From a virus: a stretch of 34,052 nt of DNA. The DNA lies in the UHGV virus genome UHGV-0211747. One strand, 5' to 3'. Of this stretch, positions 7,418 through 17,855 are shown one piece after another. The notes below the pieces were generated by a model. The model saw only the letters and a list, made by a program, of their open reading frames with translations, made no database searches and had not been told where the DNA came from. Positions within the stretch are counted from its first letter, which is position 1, and each line of letters begins with the position of its first letter. The position numbers and the translations under genes were made by a program.

Positions 7418-7995
7418 CACAGCACCGGATAGGCCAGATTGACCCAAAACGCATTCGCAGAGCCTGCAGTGATCTGCAAGCCGCCGCTGGCTGGGATACG
7501 CAATCTGGCGGGGACGGTGGTGACCGCCTTCCAGGAGGGTAGCGTGTCAATCACCACTTCCCCCGTTTGCGGCGCCGGAACCTCGGTGCTGTCCAGTAGG
7601 GTCACCCAGCCGCTGACAGACCCGTTGAGCGTCACACTGCCGTTGATGCAGCAGATGCCACACTTTTTGGTGACAGTAATCTTCCCGGCGGTAGACACGC
7701 CGCCGCCAAAATCCTCATAGGACGCCGCGTCAAGAGCGGTTAGTGCTGTGTAGATCCACCTGATTGCAGCGCCCAGTGTTTCTGCGGTTTGGCCGTCAGG
7801 TCGCACACGGGCGTCAGCGATTTCGGCGGCGCTGACGGCGTCCGACGTGCCTTTGATGATGCTGTCGATGCGATTGGAGATCTGATTGATGAGAGCACCT
7901 GGGACAACACGAGTGTTTTCTCCTTGGCTCACCAAAAACTTAGTGTCGTCGCCGATCTGACTCAGCGACTGGAATTCCCAAATCCGTTTTGCCAT
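7417..7995 (-). CDS. Tail tip/receptor-binding-like protein
   Basis: EIADARVRPDGQTAETLGAAIR motif typical of siphophage tail proteins; beta-rich C-terminus; AAGGAGG SD. Confidence 0.65.
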   Translation of the reverse strand: MAKRIWEFQSLSQIGDDTKFLVSQGENTRVVPGALINQISNRIDSIIKGTSDAVSAAEIADARVRPDGQTAETLGAAIRWIYTALTALDAASYEDFGGGVSTAGKITVTKKCGICCINGSVTLNGSVSGWVTLLDSTEVPAPQTGEVVIDTLPSWKAVTTVPARLRIPASGGLQITAGSANAFWVNLAYPVL

Positions 7996-8007
7996 AACGA
8001 TACCTCC

Positions 8008-9213
8008 TTATAATTCTTCCGTGGCGGCATAGTCGCCAGCCGCCCCACAGTCTGCGACATATGTACCGCCGCAAGTGGCTGTAATCTCTGATATGACGGT
8101 CTCCACGCCGTCCACGATCACGACGTCCCCAACCTGGACGCTGGGATCCAGCAGCACGCTGCGGGCGTCCCAGGGAGTATACGCAAAATACCCGATGGCG
8201 GCGATCATTTGGATCGCCACCTGCTGGCTGCCGCAGGATAGCGGCCAGTCAATTGTGTATGTCGTGCCGGTCTTTGTCGTTCCTTCTGCCGTTGCCGTCC
8301 ATGTTGCGTCATCGTCCGGCCCGCTGACCTCAACGGCGGTGACCTCCGGCAGTGTTTCGCCCAAATCCAGTTCTGCCATGTGGGAGGACTCTAAAAACAT
8401 CGATGCAGAGTCCTCATCGTAATACACGATGTATTCGCCGGTCTCATCGACCAGTTCGTCGGTATCGTCCTGGGTTGTGTAGATGTATGGCGCATCAACA
8501 TTGTAAAATCCATAGTACAGTGCCACCATTGCTGTTCCGTCGGCGTTTGCTGCCAGGTTTGCGCCGTTTGCTGCGGCCACATAGCCCAGCGCTTCCCGCA
8601 TGGTCAGTTCGCCAACATCGTCCTTGGTAAATGCAAGGCCGCTTGCGTCTTCTAGGGGCGGTTCTGCCAACCCTGTGACTTTTTCGGCCAACTCGGTAAT
8701 CTGGAATATGTCCACGGGATACGTCAGCTTTACGCCGTATTTTTTTGCCGCCTTTTTGACCGTGTATTTGCCCAGGCGAAGCATTTTGTCATAGCAGGTC
8801 AGCGTCACCCAGTCTCTGGTGTCCGTCGCTCTGGTGTTGATGTACCAGGTGCCGATGGTGATGGTCTGGGTGTCCATCAGCCAAATCTCCTGCCCGGACT
8901 CCGTCACGATGGGCTGGCCAGACTCATCCGCCAGCACCCAGTCGCCGTCCCTCGGCCAGATGGTGCACCGCATTTGCACCTTCGCCGCCCTTTTGGGTCG
9001 AGCGATCTCTGGGTCGGGCAGGTAGGTGACTGTCAAACAGCTGGACGCCACGTTGCCGACGCTCCACCGGTCGGTGTAGAGTGCTGATGTGATCTCCGGG
9101 GATAGCGCAATCCTGGTTGGAGGTATCATCTGCCCGTCCACGGTCAGCTCAAAGGTCGTGTGGTGGTACGGGTCGATTGCGATCCGCTTCCACGCTGCGT
9201 TGGTTTTGATCAT
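8008..9213 (-). CDS. Tail/baseplate hub-like protein
   Basis: Position after distal tail gene; LTCYDKM and DPSVQVGDVV motifs. Confidence 0.65.
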   Translation of the reverse strand: MIKTNAAWKRIAIDPYHHTTFELTVDGQMIPPTRIALSPEITSALYTDRWSVGNVASSCLTVTYLPDPEIARPKRAAKVQMRCTIWPRDGDWVLADESGQPIVTESGQEIWLMDTQTITIGTWYINTRATDTRDWVTLTCYDKMLRLGKYTVKKAAKKYGVKLTYPVDIFQITELAEKVTGLAEPPLEDASGLAFTKDDVGELTMREALGYVAAANGANLAANADGTAMVALYYGFYNVDAPYIYTTQDDTDELVDETGEYIVYYDEDSASMFLESSHMAELDLGETLPEVTAVEVSGPDDDATWTATAEGTTKTGTTYTIDWPLSCGSQQVAIQMIAAIGYFAYTPWDARSVLLDPSVQVGDVVIVDGVETVISEITATCGGTYVADCGAAGDYAATEEL

Positions 9214-9224
9214 GCTCTCACCTC

Positions 9225-9575
9225 CTAGTCTACGGTAATGACGGTGGCTGACACCGTCCAGTATCCGCCGTCAGCCACGTTTTGCAGCGCTGTGGACACG
9301 TTAGACGCCCTACAGGTACGGTCGACAGTCTCAGCTCCGCCGCCCAAAAAAGACGCCGTGAACGTCGTCCCTGCGCCAGTGATCGCATTGGTCAGGCTGC
9401 GCACGATGTCCGTCGGGACGAGTGACAGTGTCATTGCTGCCTCGTACCCTTTGCCGGTGCCGTACGGATACTGCGTCCCGGCTAGGGTGTTGATGACATT
9501 CTCGCTGCGTGTCACTTGGGACACCGTGCAGGCCGTCAGATATTTGTTGTAGCTCACGCCATTGATGGTCAGCAC
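9225..9575 (-). CDS. Distal tail-like protein
   Basis: Immediately after tape measure gene; LTING start; GGAGG SD. Confidence 0.6.
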   Translation of the reverse strand: MLTINGVSYNKYLTACTVSQVTRSENVINTLAGTQYPYGTGKGYEAAMTLSLVPTDIVRSLTNAITGAGTTFTASFLGGGAETVDRTCRASNVSTALQNVADGGYWTVSATVITVD

Positions 9576-12500
9576 TTACATCCCTCCCGTGACATTAGAC
9601 ATGCGCCGTTCCCATTGCTGGACGGTGCGCCCCAGCTCCCGCTGGTTGACTCGGATGACCTTGCCTGCCTTGGTCTCGACCAGCAGCTGATGGAGCAGCC
9701 CTACCACCTGACTGTCGTTGTATGTGGGCGCAGCCGCCGTCTGGGCTGCCACACTGGCCGCACGACGATCCATCTCGTATTGCACCGCCAGTTTGGCCTG
9801 GGCGCTCATGCTGTCGATGTTGGCCGCAATGGCGGCTTGGGCTTCCGCTGGGGACAGGGTCAGCTTGCTTGTGTCGATTTTGGCTTTCGCAGCGGCGGCG
9901 TTTGCGGCGTCCACGGTGTCGCTTACCATGTCGGCGGCAGCGGAAGCAGCTTGTGGGATGCCCTCGCGGATACCGACGGCCATACCACTTGCCATGTGGA
10001 TACCGACCTGGTCGCGCATGACCTTAGACGGGCTTGCAACGCCTGCTTCTTTTTTTGCAGCGGCGACAGCACCAGCCGCCATTTTTCGTCCAGCCGCTTC
10101 GCTTAAGTACGCTCCTCGGCCAATGCCGACGGCAAAGCCTTCTGCGAGGTTGTATCCAACCCCGGACGCCCCGCTTGACCCGCTCTTAGCCCCCTCTACG
10201 CCCTTTTTGCCTACGCTCTGGCCAGCTGACCGGACAACGCCCGACTTCCGTTTTGCGCCTTGTGCGTATTCCTCCGCAGTCATTTCGCCAGGTTTTTGCG
10301 CTTGTCCGTTTGGATTCAAAGCTTTTGCACTTGCTTTTGTCAGTTGCCTACAAGCGGCCTCTGCGCTAATCTTTCCGCTGATGATGCCACTGCGCAATTC
10401 TTTTGCAGTTTTTGTGCCGCTTACGCCTGCATTCTTCGCAATCACATCAAATTTGGCAACGCCCGCCAACCGTTTCGCTGCTGCCTTCACGGAGATTGTC
10501 CCGTTAATAATCCCTTTGCGCAGCTCTTTCGGTACCTTCACTCCTGCCGATTTCGCTTTTTGGGCAATCCGGTCAAACTTTGCGACATTATTTAGTCGTT
10601 TTGTCGCCGTTTCCACAGATATTGTGCCGTTGGCAATCCCTTTGCGTAGCTCTTTCGGCACTTTTACCCCTGCCGATTTCGCTTTTTGAGCCATTTTGTC
10701 AAACTTGGCAAGGCTGTTCATCCGGTTAATGGCCTCGGACACAGATATTTGCCCGCTGTTGACGCTGGCGGATAGGCTTTGCGGGATTTCCACCCCCTGC
10801 AATCCGGCCTTCTGGATGGCGGCGTCAAAGTCGATGAGGCGTTTCAATTCATCGACGCTTTCGGCCATTTGATATTTCCCGGATTTGACACCATCACTCA
10901 CGCTTTTCGGCAGCTTGATGCCTGCTTCTTCCGCAATGTCTGCCAGTTTATTCAAGTTGTCAACGACCGCCTGAGCGTCTGTTTCTTCCTCCATTTTTTT
11001 CCCCCAATAGTCCATGTCAGAGGACGACTGGCGGAAGCTGTCGGATAAGTCGTCAAACGATTTTTTGCTTTCCTCCACGTTCTTCTTGGCAATATTGACC
11101 TTCGCAGAGAGCTTGTCATAGAGAGCCGGTTGGTCTGCCGGAGAGACAGCGTTTAACTTTCGTTGCGCTCTGTCCAGTTCTTCCAAGTTCTTGTGGTACT
11201 GCACCCTTGCATCGTTCAGCTTTTTTTCTACTTCGGCTTGCTCTTTCACGGCAGCCTCATAGTTTTCCGTGTATGCCTTTACCTTGGCCTGCTCTTTGAG
11301 TGCGTCGATGTTGCGATAGATAGCGTCAGTAGATTTGTTCAGCTGATCCTTTTCCTCATCATACTTGAGGCTCAGGTTCGGCACTAGGTCGTTGAGCTTC
11401 TCAACGTACTTAGCCATCTTCTTTTTCTCGCTTGCGCTCTTATTTTCTTTTCCGGCCAAGTCGCTGAGCTTTTTGGCATATTCTTCAGCCATTGCCGTTT
11501 CCGTCTCGGCTGCATCCGCATTCTTTTGGCGTTCTTCCCGGTTTCGCTCGCATTCTTCGGTGAGTTTTTCACTCTCCTCTCGGAGCTTTTGGGTTGCCTC
11601 CGTGTTGTCTCGCAAGATGTCGCTTGCGCTGTCACCAGAGATAGCGACGTCAGTAATTACCGCCGCCAACGCCCCAATTGCCACCACAGCCAACCCGATG
11701 GGGCCAGCCGACAGCGAAAACGCTGCGGTTAGTGTCTTTACGGCTTGCGTAACATCGCCGATAAAGGTCAGGAGCTTCAGCCCCGCAATGGCGGTACTGA
11801 CGCCGGCGATTGCGGAAATCACCAAGTCGATATTGTCGACCGCAACGGACAAAAAATCCATGGTGATGCCTGCGATATTGGACACCACAGGAGCAATCTT
11901 CCGGATTCCGTCCCTGATCTTAGGCAGCATCCTGATAACACCTGTGATGCCGTCCGCAATCCCCGCAAATATGCTGTCATACTCCCCAGCCTTGATGCTC
12001 TTAGCTAGGTCGTTGGCCATCCTCTGCAGCTCCTGCATGGCGGTCATCATGGGGCCACTGGCAATCTTGCTGGCCGACGGGATGAGCGCCCCCTCAATGG
12101 TGCGCTTCAATCCCTCCATCGCCGACCCTAGGTCATCATACTTGACCTGGTTGATCTGCCCCAATGCGTCATACGCCTGTTTGCTGCTGTCCTCCATGCT
12201 GGCCAGCACCGGTAACACTGTTTGCTCCAAATCCTCATACTGTGTCCCAAAAAGAGCCACAGCGGTCTGATTTTTGGCCACAGGATCCTGCATGGATTCC
12301 AATGCTCGAACAACCTGGAAGAACGCCCGCTGAGCCGTATCTCCACCGCTGGCAAACGCCTGCATGGTCTTGGCCGCATTCAGCTTTAAGGTGGCAAATG
12401 CATCGGTGGTGGACTTGCTCCCATCCTTCGCCCGGATGTTGAACTCCTTCACCGCATCGCCGACCTTATCAATGCTGAACACCCCCACTTTCGCACCGCT

Positions 12501-13388
12501 GATAAGACCATTCACAAACTGGTCAGCGGACAAGCCCAACGCTGCATATTGCGCCGAATATTCATTCAAAGTGTCCAACAGATCACCATTTTGGTCTGCA
12601 CCATTTTGGGCACCCACCGCAATGATGTTGTACGCCTTCTCGGCGTCTATCTGGAAGTTCTTCATCAAGGAGCTGGCCGTTCTGGCGCTCTCCGCCAGGT
12701 CATACCCGAAGGTATCCCGCAGGGCAAACCCAGCCTCTGTAGCCGCTTGCAGCTCCTCGCCCATCAGCTGGGTGTTCTGCCGCACCACAGAGATGCCATC
12801 CGCTACATCCTCCAGAGAGTCGCCAAAGTTGTGGCTATACACATTCTGGGCAATCTGCCCCAGCTGCTCCAGGTCTTTGCCGGTCGCGCCGGTCGCCGAG
12901 CCGATTTGGTTGACAGCCTTGTTGTATCCGTTGCCCAGGTTGATCAGCACCCCAGCGGTTGCGGTACCGACAGCAGTGACGCCAGCGCCGACCACCGCAA
13001 AGGTTTTGCCGATGGTGGCAGCGCTCTGCTCGACCGTGTTGGCCAGGGCGTCCTGGAGGTCGGCAGCGCTCTCGGACATCCCTTCGAGCTTTTTCCAGAC
13101 GCTCTCCGCCTTTTTGCCTGTGTCTTCCACGCCCTTGCCAGCGTCCCCAGCGTTGTCGCCGACATTCGCCAGAGCGTCCGCCACGTCCTCCAAGCCGCCG
13201 GTCACTTTGCTGTCACAGGCGTCTCTGGCAGCCTCCCCCATGTCATTCAGGGCGTCTTCTGCCTTTTGCGCGCCTGCTTTTACGGCGGATAGGGAGTCGT
13301 CAGCCTCTTTTTCAACTCGCTGTAGGTCTTTCTCCAGCGGTGTACTATCGCCGGAGATCTCAATCCTTACGTGGCCATCTGCGCCCAT
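9576..13388 (-). CDS. Tail tape measure protein
   Basis: 1270 aa, ADGHVRIEI start, LLDTLNEYS...DKVGDAVKEF core, hydrophobic segments, coiled coils. Confidence 0.93.
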   Translation of the reverse strand: MGADGHVRIEISGDSTPLEKDLQRVEKEADDSLSAVKAGAQKAEDALNDMGEAARDACDSKVTGGLEDVADALANVGDNAGDAGKGVEDTGKKAESVWKKLEGMSESAADLQDALANTVEQSAATIGKTFAVVGAGVTAVGTATAGVLINLGNGYNKAVNQIGSATGATGKDLEQLGQIAQNVYSHNFGDSLEDVADGISVVRQNTQLMGEELQAATEAGFALRDTFGYDLAESARTASSLMKNFQIDAEKAYNIIAVGAQNGADQNGDLLDTLNEYSAQYAALGLSADQFVNGLISGAKVGVFSIDKVGDAVKEFNIRAKDGSKSTTDAFATLKLNAAKTMQAFASGGDTAQRAFFQVVRALESMQDPVAKNQTAVALFGTQYEDLEQTVLPVLASMEDSSKQAYDALGQINQVKYDDLGSAMEGLKRTIEGALIPSASKIASGPMMTAMQELQRMANDLAKSIKAGEYDSIFAGIADGITGVIRMLPKIRDGIRKIAPVVSNIAGITMDFLSVAVDNIDLVISAIAGVSTAIAGLKLLTFIGDVTQAVKTLTAAFSLSAGPIGLAVVAIGALAAVITDVAISGDSASDILRDNTEATQKLREESEKLTEECERNREERQKNADAAETETAMAEEYAKKLSDLAGKENKSASEKKKMAKYVEKLNDLVPNLSLKYDEEKDQLNKSTDAIYRNIDALKEQAKVKAYTENYEAAVKEQAEVEKKLNDARVQYHKNLEELDRAQRKLNAVSPADQPALYDKLSAKVNIAKKNVEESKKSFDDLSDSFRQSSSDMDYWGKKMEEETDAQAVVDNLNKLADIAEEAGIKLPKSVSDGVKSGKYQMAESVDELKRLIDFDAAIQKAGLQGVEIPQSLSASVNSGQISVSEAINRMNSLAKFDKMAQKAKSAGVKVPKELRKGIANGTISVETATKRLNNVAKFDRIAQKAKSAGVKVPKELRKGIINGTISVKAAAKRLAGVAKFDVIAKNAGVSGTKTAKELRSGIISGKISAEAACRQLTKASAKALNPNGQAQKPGEMTAEEYAQGAKRKSGVVRSAGQSVGKKGVEGAKSGSSGASGVGYNLAEGFAVGIGRGAYLSEAAGRKMAAGAVAAAKKEAGVASPSKVMRDQVGIHMASGMAVGIREGIPQAASAAADMVSDTVDAANAAAAKAKIDTSKLTLSPAEAQAAIAANIDSMSAQAKLAVQYEMDRRAASVAAQTAAAPTYNDSQVVGLLHQLLVETKAGKVIRVNQRELGRTVQQWERRMSNVTGGM
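10330..10960 (-). repeat. About five 126-bp (42-aa) tandem repeats in tape measure gene
   Basis: FD motif codons at 126-bp spacing (~10446, 10572, 10698, 10824); unit KFDxxAQKAKSAGVKVPKELRKGIxNGTISV... Confidence 0.85.
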
Positions 13389-13389
13389 A

Positions 13390-13998
13390 TCACTCACCTC
13401 CGCTCAATCGTCGCATCTTGTCTGCTGCCCATGCATCCCAGTCGATCACGCCGCCAGCCGCGCAATCGCCGGGCTTGTGCAACTCGTATGCAGTTTGCAG
13501 TCGCCGATACTCTCGCTCCTGCGCTCCATCCATCCGGGATGTGTCCATCGCGCGATACCCTACGACCGTCTCAAAATCCGGCTCATACAGGCCGCCCAGG
13601 AGAGCGCGGAAGGTATACCAATGCAAGTCCACCGCCGCCAGATCGATGCCATAGCGACGGTGGAAGGCTGCATAGATGCGTCGGTCGTCTGTGTCAAACG
13701 CATATGGGATGCACTTGCGCCCGTTGGTAGGCCGGTTGGGGTTGCCTGCGGCGTCCACTGGATCAAACAAGCCGCCCCGGTAAAACGCCACAAACGCGTC
13801 CAGCGCCGCTGGAACGTCCGCTGGGATACCGTCAGGGTAAAACCACTCCAAAGTTAAGTAGGCCGCAGCGGCGTCCCAGCGGTCGCAAAAGGCGTCCCGT
13901 TCAAAGGCCACGAACAGCCTAAAATCTGTCGTGACCTCGTACGAGACGCCCCCCACATCAACGGTATGCGGCAGCGCATCCGTCAGCAGATAGGTCAT
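13390..13998 (-). CDS. Gp15-like (A118-type) tail assembly protein
   Basis: LLTDALPHTV...TDFR, DDRRIYAAF..YGIDL...LHWYTFRALL. Confidence 0.85.
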   Translation of the reverse strand: MTYLLTDALPHTVDVGGVSYEVTTDFRLFVAFERDAFCDRWDAAAAYLTLEWFYPDGIPADVPAALDAFVAFYRGGLFDPVDAAGNPNRPTNGRKCIPYAFDTDDRRIYAAFHRRYGIDLAAVDLHWYTFRALLGGLYEPDFETVVGYRAMDTSRMDGAQEREYRRLQTAYELHKPGDCAAGGVIDWDAWAADKMRRLSGGE

Positions 13999-14384
13999 TC
14001 CAGGCGCACAGGCTGGCGGCCACTTGCCTTGCTGGCGGTGACGCAGGCGGTCGCACGATGTACCAGCTCGGCAGACGCGGCGCGAGTTTCTGCTGCGCTG
14101 GCGGTGCTGGCCTCCACGATGGCCAACCAGCCGGTCAGGATGTCTCGCCAGTTGTAGGCAGCGCCGAAGCACTCGGCGGACACGCCGTCACCAACGACGC
14201 CGTCGATAGCTGCCTTGACGACGTCCAGGAAATCAATCAGGCGCTTGCCGTAGCCTGCGTCTGTCACAGGCGGGAGGGAGGCGTGCGCCTCCACAATCGC
14301 CCTCTTGCCGTCATCTGCCGCCGCAATGACACGGACGTCGTCAAAATCCACGTCATAGCGGTGCTCTTTGATGGTTACCACCAT
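13995..14384 (-). CDS. Tail assembly chaperone
   Basis: Between major tail and Gp15-like genes; GAGGTGA SD. Confidence 0.65.
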   Translation of the reverse strand: MVVTIKEHRYDVDFDDVRVIAAADDGKRAIVEAHASLPPVTDAGYGKRLIDFLDVVKAAIDGVVGDGVSAECFGAAYNWRDILTGWLAIVEASTASAAETRAASAELVHRATACVTASKASGRQPVRLE

Positions 14385-14401
14385 GGTCATTCACCTCGCA
14401 A

Positions 14402-14905
14402 TCAGCCGCCAGCGGAGTAGGTATATTCTTCCGGCACGCCGATGACCTGCAGCTCGGCGTCGATGTCGCCGATTGCACCGGACTCGGCTGCGCCGTCGTT
14501 GTTGACCAGGATCAGCACCTTGCCCTTTTCACCTTTGCCGGTGAGAACACAAAAATACACATAGTCGCGCACCACAGCGCTGCCCTTGCCATACTTGATC
14601 GCGTGCGAGCAGATAAAATCCTGGAACGCATCCCCCATGAGCCGCTTGCCGACAGGCTTGAATTTGCGGCTGGTGGACTTTTTCATGCTGGTGTAGCCCT
14701 CATAGTAAAACTGGCTGGAATCGGTCTCGGGGGACAATTCTGCGCCGTAGTTGGAGACGTGGACAGTGGCTACGTCATAGTCGGCCGGAGACGTTGCGTT
14801 GCCATCGGTAGAGCAGTCCAGCGCCAGGATATAATCATCGCCGGACACTTCGCCAGCAAAACTGGAGCTGGGGGTAATGCCGGTCATTGCTGCAGACAGT
14901 TTCAT
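14402..14905 (-). CDS. Major tail (tube) protein
   Basis: Position, size, GKRLMGDAFQDFI motif; GAGGAG SD. Confidence 0.75.
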   Translation of the reverse strand: MKLSAAMTGITPSSSFAGEVSGDDYILALDCSTDGNATSPADYDVATVHVSNYGAELSPETDSSQFYYEGYTSMKKSTSRKFKPVGKRLMGDAFQDFICSHAIKYGKGSAVVRDYVYFCVLTGKGEKGKVLILVNNDGAAESGAIGDIDAELQVIGVPEEYTYSAGG

Positions 14906-14909
14906 AAGA

Positions 14910-15326
14910 TCACTCCTCGTAGTAATTCAGTTTGATTTGGATTTGATACCGTGCCTCGCCGTCCTCGTTGACCGCAAAGGGGTACGGCGTAGACACGACA
15001 GAGATATTGGAGACGGTGCGCCCCTTGCCGATGTCCGGCCAGTTGCGGGTGCGCCGCTGCCGCCTGATCCAGGCAGCCAGGTTGTCGTACCACTCTAGGT
15101 TGGCGGCGTTCTGGGCGATGTCGTCCCCGATCGCCTCGCGGGAGGCGATGACATAGGTGCGTTCCACCGCCTGGGTGCCGTCCATGTAGGTGGTGACGGT
15201 GTAGCTGGGGTCGGAGTCCAGGCTGTAGCTGGCCAGCTCCGCCGGTAGACAGTCCACATTGATGCGCCCGCCTTCCAGCCCTTGGTAGCCGTTGAGCCAG
15301 GCTCGCAGGCCGTCTACGATGCTCAT
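14910..15326 (-). CDS. Tail terminator-like protein
   Basis: MSIVDGLRAWL...ARYQIQIKLNY; precedes major tail gene. Confidence 0.7.
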   Translation of the reverse strand: MSIVDGLRAWLNGYQGLEGGRINVDCLPAELASYSLDSDPSYTVTTYMDGTQAVERTYVIASREAIGDDIAQNAANLEWYDNLAAWIRRQRRTRNWPDIGKGRTVSNISVVSTPYPFAVNEDGEARYQIQIKLNYYEE

Positions 15327-15715
15327 ACCGGTTCACCCCCCACAACTTTTGCAAAGTCGGCCACGATCCGCGTGCCGTCCGCCTGCATGGTGCGCACGTC
15401 CCACTTGCTCCCTCTGGTGGGGGCTTGGTTGTAGGTCAACGCCTTGCCAGTGTAGTGCTTCGGTGCGTGGCCTGCCATGACTTGGCCGTGGTACTGGTAG
15501 TGGGCGTAGGGCTGGGTGTATTCCAGGATGGCAGCACCATTTTGCACGGTGATTGTGTGCTGATTTTTCAGGTGACCGGCCTGGTACGGCACCCGTTTGC
15601 CGCTGTGCTTGGCAACCAGATTCGCCAGGTGCCGTGCCGCTGCGCCACTTTGTCCCAGCCCACGAGACTGTAAGATCTTCTTGCAGTCGATATTCACTTT
15701 GACGTTTACTTTCAT
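15323..15715 (-). CDS. Head-tail/minor capsid protein (A118-like)
   Basis: VPYQAGHL, PYAHYQYHG, RGSKWD motifs. Confidence 0.75.
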   Translation of the reverse strand: MKVNVKVNIDCKKILQSRGLGQSGAAARHLANLVAKHSGKRVPYQAGHLKNQHTITVQNGAAILEYTQPYAHYQYHGQVMAGHAPKHYTGKALTYNQAPTRGSKWDVRTMQADGTRIVADFAKVVGGEPV

Positions 15716-16068
15716 TTCCAGCTACCCTCCAGGGTGTACGTTGCGTGCGCCAGCGCCGACCGGTACGGGTACATTTTGCGGCCGGAGACGCGCATCGGGG
15801 CATACCCAGCCAGTACTTTGACTGGGTTGCCCTCAAATGCTGCAACCGGACACGAGCCGGAGACGATGTAATCACCGTTCCCGATTTGCTCCATGTCGGC
15901 CTGCTTGCGGACGACCATGGTTGACCCGCCCTGCACCAGCTCGCCGCTGGCGCTGATGGTCGTCCCGTCCGCAAGGCTCAGCTGCACGCCAGTCAGCTCG
16001 TGCCGCGCCCATTTGGTCTTGTCGCCGTCATAGCTCTTGTGATAGAGGGTTGCCGTCTGCCCAAACAT
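15712..16068 (-). CDS. Head closure-like protein
   Basis: TATLYHK...W.RHELTGV, GDYIVSG; synteny. Confidence 0.6.
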   Translation of the reverse strand: MFGQTATLYHKSYDGDKTKWARHELTGVQLSLADGTTISASGELVQGGSTMVVRKQADMEQIGNGDYIVSGSCPVAAFEGNPVKVLAGYAPMRVSGRKMYPYRSALAHATYTLEGSWK

Positions 16069-16409
16069 CAGTCACACCCCCGATAGAGCAAGCCGGTATC
16101 CACCAGCCACGGGCGGGCAGCGTCATACACTGCCGCGCCTGTGCCGGTGGCGGGCTGGCTGTAACTGACCGACCAATCCGCCACGGTCTCGCTGGTCTTC
16201 CCGGCGCTCTGGTCGTCCAGATAGAGGGCGTCCATGACGGCGTAGATGGCGTTGTTGTACTCAAAATCCAGGCCACGATTGAGCGCCTCCTCGGCGTCAA
16301 TGCCGGTCAGCATCCGGAGATACTGCTCTGCCCGGAGCTGGTACATTTTCTGTTCCCCTTCTGGGATGCGGTTGCGCCCGGAGGCTGCATAACTAGCCGG
16401 TGCAGCCAT
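16068..16409 (-). CDS. Head-tail connector
   Basis: SETVADWSVSY and WLVDTGLLYRG; follows capsid gene. Confidence 0.75.
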   Translation of the reverse strand: MAAPASYAASGRNRIPEGEQKMYQLRAEQYLRMLTGIDAEEALNRGLDFEYNNAIYAVMDALYLDDQSAGKTSETVADWSVSYSQPATGTGAAVYDAARPWLVDTGLLYRGCD

Positions 16410-16410
16410 A

Positions 16411-17286
16411 TCAGCCGCCAGCCACAGCGGTTTCCGTCCGCTTGATGTACAGGGTCTTGCCCTTGGACACCTTGACGCCGTAGACCTTACGACCCTGGAC
16501 GGCGGATGCGCCGATATACTTACCGGAGCCGTTCAGGTCCTGAAGGTGGACGGGCACCGCCCACTCCTCCACACGGTGGCACCAGTTGGGATGACCGGCG
16601 ATGAACTCGGTGGTGGTTTTCTTGCTGGCCACTCTGGTGGTGGATTCGTAGTCCATGTTGCAGCTTTCCAGCACGTTGAAGCCAGCCACTCGCCCGACTA
16701 CCCCCTGCTGGATCAGTTCCTGGGACAGGTCGCCCTGGCGAATGAAATTGGAATCCTGCATCAGCACTTCCAGGAATTCCGGCGCTGCGATCAGCCAACG
16801 ACCGTCGGTGGGAACGCCGTTGCGGGACAGGGTGCGCTTGGCTTCCAGCACCGTTTTATATGCCGTGCTGGAAGTGCAGGCGGTCTTGGTGGTTGCGATA
16901 TTGGCGTCGGTGGCGCTTTCCAGGGCGTTGATGGACTTCTTATCCATGGACAGCCCCAGGGAATAACCGGCGGAATCCAGCCGGTCAGCCACAATACCGT
17001 CGGGTACGCTGGCGGCGTCGAAGCCGTCAATCAACTCGTTCACTGCCTCGTCCTGGTCGATGGAGAGATCCAGGTAGGTAGTAGTGCCTGCGGCGGGGTC
17101 AATGCCTGCACTCTTGCTGTAAGGCTTGACCTCGACTTCGGTGTCACGGACGGGAATCTTTACCTTGCCCGCCTTGGGACTGCCCTCGTAACGGTTGTTG
17201 AAAATGAGATTATCCTTGGTGACCAAGGTCGCGCGGAGCTTCGCATCCACAAGACCAGACCACCGTTCCTGGCTGGTATGTGCCAT
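16411..17286 (-). CDS. Major capsid protein
   Basis: 291 aa after scaffold; LSRNGVPTDGRWL, GVVGRVAGFNV, VQGRKVYGVKV. Confidence 0.88.
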   Translation of the reverse strand: MAHTSQERWSGLVDAKLRATLVTKDNLIFNNRYEGSPKAGKVKIPVRDTEVEVKPYSKSAGIDPAAGTTTYLDLSIDQDEAVNELIDGFDAASVPDGIVADRLDSAGYSLGLSMDKKSINALESATDANIATTKTACTSSTAYKTVLEAKRTLSRNGVPTDGRWLIAAPEFLEVLMQDSNFIRQGDLSQELIQQGVVGRVAGFNVLESCNMDYESTTRVASKKTTTEFIAGHPNWCHRVEEWAVPVHLQDLNGSGKYIGASAVQGRKVYGVKVSKGKTLYIKRTETAVAGG

Positions 17287-17305
17287 TGATTATCATCCTT
17301 CCTAT

Positions 17306-17839
17306 TTAAGTATTCGTGTGCCAGGGATTGAGTTTATTAAAGGCGGCTTCTACGCCGTCTCCGCCAGCGGTGCCTCCCCGGCCGTGCTCGCCGCCGGTGT
17401 GCACGGTAGACATACCGGTAGCTCCGTCACCGGACGCAAACAACCAGCTGTCACTCTTGGTCAGCTCGGTCAGCTGATCTTCCAAACCTTCCAACTGGCC
17501 ATCTTCGCCCAGCTGCACCTTGTCCAAGTCCAGCATGGCCAGCGCCGCCTTGGTGTTCCGAGCACCAGCAGCCGTGAGGGCGTTCTGAATGGCGGCGTCC
17601 CGCCGAACCGCGCTCATCTGGTTCTGGGCGTCAGTCACCTTGCTCTGCCAATCCGGATCGTAGCCTTTCAGCTTCTCATTGGCGGCAGTCAGCTCGCCCC
17701 GGGCTGTAGCAAGATCATTCTGCGCCGTGGCCAGACTGTCCTTCAGATTGGTCACGTCCGCCCCGTGCAGTCCCATGATCTTGTCCAGCTGCTTCTCGGT
17801 AATGTCCGGCAGCAGCGCGGTGATGTCTTCTCGTTTCAT
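17306..17839 (-). CDS. Scaffolding protein (GP20-like)
   Basis: MKRE...LDKIMGLHG, GARNTKAALAMLDLDK, SDSWLF. Confidence 0.85.
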   Translation of the reverse strand: MKREDITALLPDITEKQLDKIMGLHGADVTNLKDSLATAQNDLATARGELTAANEKLKGYDPDWQSKVTDAQNQMSAVRRDAAIQNALTAAGARNTKAALAMLDLDKVQLGEDGQLEGLEDQLTELTKSDSWLFASGDGATGMSTVHTGGEHGRGGTAGGDGVEAAFNKLNPWHTNT

Positions 17840-17855
17840 GGTGCTCCTTCCTGCC

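Noticed and set aside
6812..9213. Diversity-generating retroelement or tail-fibre shufflon
   Set aside because: No reverse transcriptase or invertase, and no TR/VR repeat pair seen
13390..14172. Programmed frameshift joining tail chaperones
   Set aside because: No clear slippery heptamer; ATGA overlap at 13998-13995 explains coupling
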